From assembly GCA_002050365.1 (NCBI GenBank), contig MWYZ01000108.1, forward strand, positions 16,754-80,753: a DNA stretch of 64,000 nt, read 5' to 3'. The position numbers and the translations under genes are program-made. Position 1 is the first letter of the stretch. The number at the start of each line of letters is the position of its first letter. Below the pieces are notes generated by a model. It did not search any database. It had not been told where the DNA came from and saw nothing but the letters and a program-made list of their open reading frames with translations. Source of the DNA: Acidobacteria bacterium 28-1 (GTDB lineage Bacteria; Acidobacteriota; Blastocatellia; Pyrinomonadales; Pyrinomonadaceae). Below, piece after piece: positions 61,021 to 64,000 of this stretch.

Positions 61021-62010
61021 ATGAAAATCTTTTTTCCCCGCTTGTATCAACGGCTTCTCGTCAAGCGCGTCATCCAATCGTTGATTCTCATTCTGCTGTT
61101 AATTGTCATCAATTTTTTCCTGATACATCTTGCGCCGGGCGACCCGGTTTATTATCTTGCCGGACAAAGCGGCGACGAGCAATATTATGAATTGATTCGC
61201 GCCAAATTCGGCTTAGACCAGTCGCTTTTGACGCAGCTTTGGGTTTATCTTTCGAGCGTTTTGCGCGGAGATTTGGGATATTCGTTAAGCTATCAACAGC
61301 CCGTGTCGGCAGTCATTTTCTCGCGCGTTCCGGCAACTCTTCTGCTAATTGTCAGCGCGATTTTGATGGCATCGGTCGGCGGCATTCTTCTCGGAGTCGA
61401 GGCGGCACGCAAGGAAAATTCTTTTTACGACCGCCTCTTTAATACATTTGCACTGCTGGGACACTCTTTTCCTTCTTTCTCGATCGGACATCTTTTATTG
61501 CTTTTCTTCGCGCTTTATCTTGGTTTGTTTCCGGCGCAGGGAATGGCTTCGGCAAATCAGGATTTAACGGGAATAAATTACTTTCTCGATTTACTGGTTC
61601 ATCTCGCACTGCCAAGTTTGACGCTTGCCATTGTGCAAATCGCCCAAATAATGCGGCTGACACGAGCCGAAATGCTAAACGTGCTTGGCGAAAATTTCAT
61701 CACGACGGCGCGAGCCAAAGGTGTTTCCGAGCGAAAAGTTTTATACGGTCACGCGCTCCGCAATGCTTTGCTGCCGGTTGTCACCATCATCGGAAGCGAT
61801 TTGGGTATGCTTTTGAGCGGCGCGGTTTTAACCGAAACGGTTTTTGCCTATCCGGGTCTCGGCAGATTGACGTTAGAAGTTTTAGCCGCGCGGGATTATC
61901 CGGTTTTAATGGGACTTTTTCTTTTAATTTCAATCTCGGTCGCCGTGATAAATTTTCTGACGGACATCACTTATCCGCTGATTGACCCACGCATTAAATA
62001 CAGCCGATGA
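61021..62010 (+). CDS. ABC transporter permease (peptide/nickel Dpp/Opp/Nik B-type)
   Basis: The N-terminus LINFFLIHLAPGDPV and the EAA-like loop ITTARAKGVSERKVLYGHALRNAL are both present. Confidence 0.85.
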   Translation: MKIFFPRLYQRLLVKRVIQSLILILLLIVINFFLIHLAPGDPVYYLAGQSGDEQYYELIRAKFGLDQSLLTQLWVYLSSVLRGDLGYSLSYQQPVSAVIFSRVPATLLLIVSAILMASVGGILLGVEAARKENSFYDRLFNTFALLGHSFPSFSIGHLLLLFFALYLGLFPAQGMASANQDLTGINYFLDLLVHLALPSLTLAIVQIAQIMRLTRAEMLNVLGENFITTARAKGVSERKVLYGHALRNALLPVVTIIGSDLGMLLSGAVLTETVFAYPGLGRLTLEVLAARDYPVLMGLFLLISISVAVINFLTDITYPLIDPRIKYSR

Positions 62011-62894
62011 AAGTTAATAGCGAAATCAAAAACCATCATCCGCTTTCGGCGGGAAATCTTTGGCGCGGCGTAAAACATAATAAAGTGGCATTGATTGGCG
62101 CGATTGTGCTGGTAGTTTTTTTCGGCGCAGCAATTTTTGCCGACCGCATTGCGCCGTATGACCCGCAGAAAACTTCCAACGAAACTTTTCAACCGCCGTC
62201 ACAAAAGTTTTTATTCGGCACTGACGACCTCGGCAGAGACGTATTTAGCGGCGTAATTTACGGAGCGCAGACTTCCATACTGATTGGTGTTTCCGTCGCG
62301 CTGCTTAGCGGGCTGTTAGGCGTATTTGTCGGTTCGGCGGCGGGTTACGCGGGCGGAATTGGGGATGACTTTTTGATGCGGCTGACGGAACTGTTTCTCA
62401 TTCCGCCGCAATTTTTTCTAGCGTTGATTATCGCCGCGCTTTTCGGTTCTTCGCTTTTCAATCTGATACTGATTTTAACCATCACCAGTTGGACAGCGAT
62501 GGCGCGGCTCGTGCGGGCGGAAGTTTTATCTCTGAAAGAAAGACCTTTTGTTGAAGCCTCAAGAGCGGTGGGCGCAAGTCCGACAAGAATACTGTTTCAC
62601 GATATTTTGCCTAATGCGTTTCCTCTGATAATTACTAAAATAATACTGATGGTCGGCGGCGTGATTCTGCTCGAAGCTGGGTTGGAATTTGTCGGCATCG
62701 GCGACGCGAACCGTATCAGTTGGGGCTATATGCTGCACAACGGACAGCATTTTATCCGCGACGGCTGGTGGATAATCGCCTTTCCGAGTCTGGCTCTCGC
62801 CGCGCTCGTGCTGGCACTAAACGTAGTCGGCGACGCGCTAAACTCTGCGCTCAATCCAAAAGCAAGAGCGGCGCATTTCGATAAGGCTGTCTGA
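62007..62894 (+). CDS. ABC transporter permease (peptide/nickel Dpp/Opp/Nik C-type)
   Basis: LFGTDDLGRDVFSGVIYGAQ and FVEASRAVGASPTRILFHDILPNA. There is a 4-nt overlap with the upstream permease. Confidence 0.85.
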   Translation: MKVNSEIKNHHPLSAGNLWRGVKHNKVALIGAIVLVVFFGAAIFADRIAPYDPQKTSNETFQPPSQKFLFGTDDLGRDVFSGVIYGAQTSILIGVSVALLSGLLGVFVGSAAGYAGGIGDDFLMRLTELFLIPPQFFLALIIAALFGSSLFNLILILTITSWTAMARLVRAEVLSLKERPFVEASRAVGASPTRILFHDILPNAFPLIITKIILMVGGVILLEAGLEFVGIGDANRISWGYMLHNGQHFIRDGWWIIAFPSLALAALVLALNVVGDALNSALNPKARAAHFDKAV

Positions 62895-62944
62895 GCTTTG
62901 TTCTTTAACAAAATAATTCACCGCCCGAATTCACCGCCGCGAGC

Positions 62945-63991
62945 TTATTGCTCTCGAATAGACGGAGAGCGCGAGCCGTATAGCTTGTCCACGCCGGTTG
63001 CGGGAGTACCGAACTTTGCCTGCATTACAACCCGCGAAGGAGGCTCGCTCCAAGGCATTACTCCTATAACCAATTTCGGGATGTTGATGAAAACATCCGT
63101 GCCGCTGCGCTTGACTACTGCGTCCAGCGGAATATAAGTGTCCGTCTGGAAAATCAATCCGCGCGACACAAGCAGGTAGCCTTCGATTTCCTCTGCAGCT
63201 TCGACGACCTCTTTAACGGTGCCGATTTCTCCGTGGTCGGAACCATATACCTTATCGCCCGGCTGCACGCTTATTACTGAAGCGTCCACGGCGGCGAGAA
63301 ATTCGTCCACCGTTATAACGGCGTTGCCGATGAGCGGGAAGTTCACGCGAATTGAAGCCTCATATTCAGGAATACTCGCCGCGCCGATAGCGTCGGAGAG
63401 AAATGTCACGTCAAATCCTTCTTCCATCGCGTGCCGTCCGGTGGACTCGCAGCATAGGTTGGCGGACATTCCGGCGATTATCAGATGAGTAATTCCCATC
63501 CGTCGCAGGTGTTCGGGAAGGTCGGTCTGGAAAACATCACAACTCTTATGCGGCAGAAGTATAGTGTCGTTCTCGCGCGGCTGCAAATCGGGATGAAAGT
63601 CTGCACCCCAACTGCCAGCCAGAAACATCTTCTTCTCAAACATCAAGCGATTAATCCCGCTCCTGCGCTGCAGCCGCTCGTCGGCGTAATCTTCTTCGGT
63701 ATATGCCATCGGACCAAACAGGACAGGAATGCCGTGCAATCGCGCGCCCTCAATAGCGTGCTTTAGATGACCAACCACGTCGTTCTTCTTCACAGTGGTT
63801 TCGGTCAATTCCCAGCCTGCTCCACCCTCGGAGAGGAAATCGTTGACCGGATCAATCACCAGCAGAGCCGTCCGGTCAGGCGGGAATGAAATCCCGGTTT
63901 CTTCTTTCGGCAGATAAGTGTTGCAGCCTTCCCCGTCGCTGCCCAGCCGGTTAGTGCTTTTCATATTCATAACATCATCCTTATATTCCAA
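62945..63991 (-). CDS. Isochorismatase-family cysteine hydrolase fused to a C-terminal PRC-barrel/DUF2171-like domain
   Basis: TALLVIDPVNDF, KSCDVF and IIAGMSANLCCEST (catalytic Cys). The C-terminus is VQPGDKVYGSDHGEIGTVKEVV...YLLVSRG...YIPLDAV. Confidence 0.75.
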   Translation of the reverse strand: MEYKDDVMNMKSTNRLGSDGEGCNTYLPKEETGISFPPDRTALLVIDPVNDFLSEGGAGWELTETTVKKNDVVGHLKHAIEGARLHGIPVLFGPMAYTEEDYADERLQRRSGINRLMFEKKMFLAGSWGADFHPDLQPRENDTILLPHKSCDVFQTDLPEHLRRMGITHLIIAGMSANLCCESTGRHAMEEGFDVTFLSDAIGAASIPEYEASIRVNFPLIGNAVITVDEFLAAVDASVISVQPGDKVYGSDHGEIGTVKEVVEAAEEIEGYLLVSRGLIFQTDTYIPLDAVVKRSGTDVFINIPKLVIGVMPWSEPPSRVVMQAKFGTPATGVDKLYGSRSPSIREQ

Positions 63992-64000
63992 AACAGTAAC

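Overview
This 64-kb chromosomal segment comes from a Gram-negative, probably soil-type bacterium. The gene content (DUF4331/TPR modules, a large Asp-box protein, a GxxExxY cassette, an actinobacterial-type hydrogenase) is reminiscent of Acidobacteriota, but that is inference only.

Left third (1-23 kb):
- an edge-truncated PLD-nuclease/SNF2-helicase gene;
- an atypical LuxR regulator plus an HtrA-like protease;
- a GrdB-family gene with an in-frame UGA;
- a nitrilase and a Cu/Zn SOD;
- a decaying locus of secreted DUF4331 + TPR modules;
- hydrolases, a fused GMC dehydrogenase, an aquaporin and an SDR.

Middle (23-35 kb):
- anti-sigma, Crp/Fnr and ECF sigma genes;
- a thioredoxin-MsrB lipoprotein next to a truncated Mo-oxidoreductase;
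- pntAA-pntAB-[GxxExxY insertion]-pntB;
- a roughly 1040-aa Asp-box protein.

Right half (35-60 kb) is a [NiFe]-hydrogenase island in two divergent arms.
- Minus strand: hypE ... hypD-hypC ... hypB-hypA, a maturation protease and conserved group-1h-type accessory genes.
- Plus strand: an HxlR regulator, four paralogous small membrane proteins, a CooC-like NTPase with an in-frame UGA in its CxC motif, the small and large subunits, and a NifU/Rieske-like protein.

The island is peppered with accessory DNA:
- a REP-flanked RAYT transposase between the small- and large-subunit genes;
- four toxin-antitoxin pairs, two with inactivated toxins;
- AT-rich ORFans and a tandem duplication.

Several families of long palindromic intergenic repeats occur across the window, and gene fragments or frameshifted genes are unusually frequent. 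I recognised no rRNA, tRNA or CRISPR array. The ORF track uses ATG/GTG/TTG starts, so several starts were moved downstream on RBS and homology grounds.
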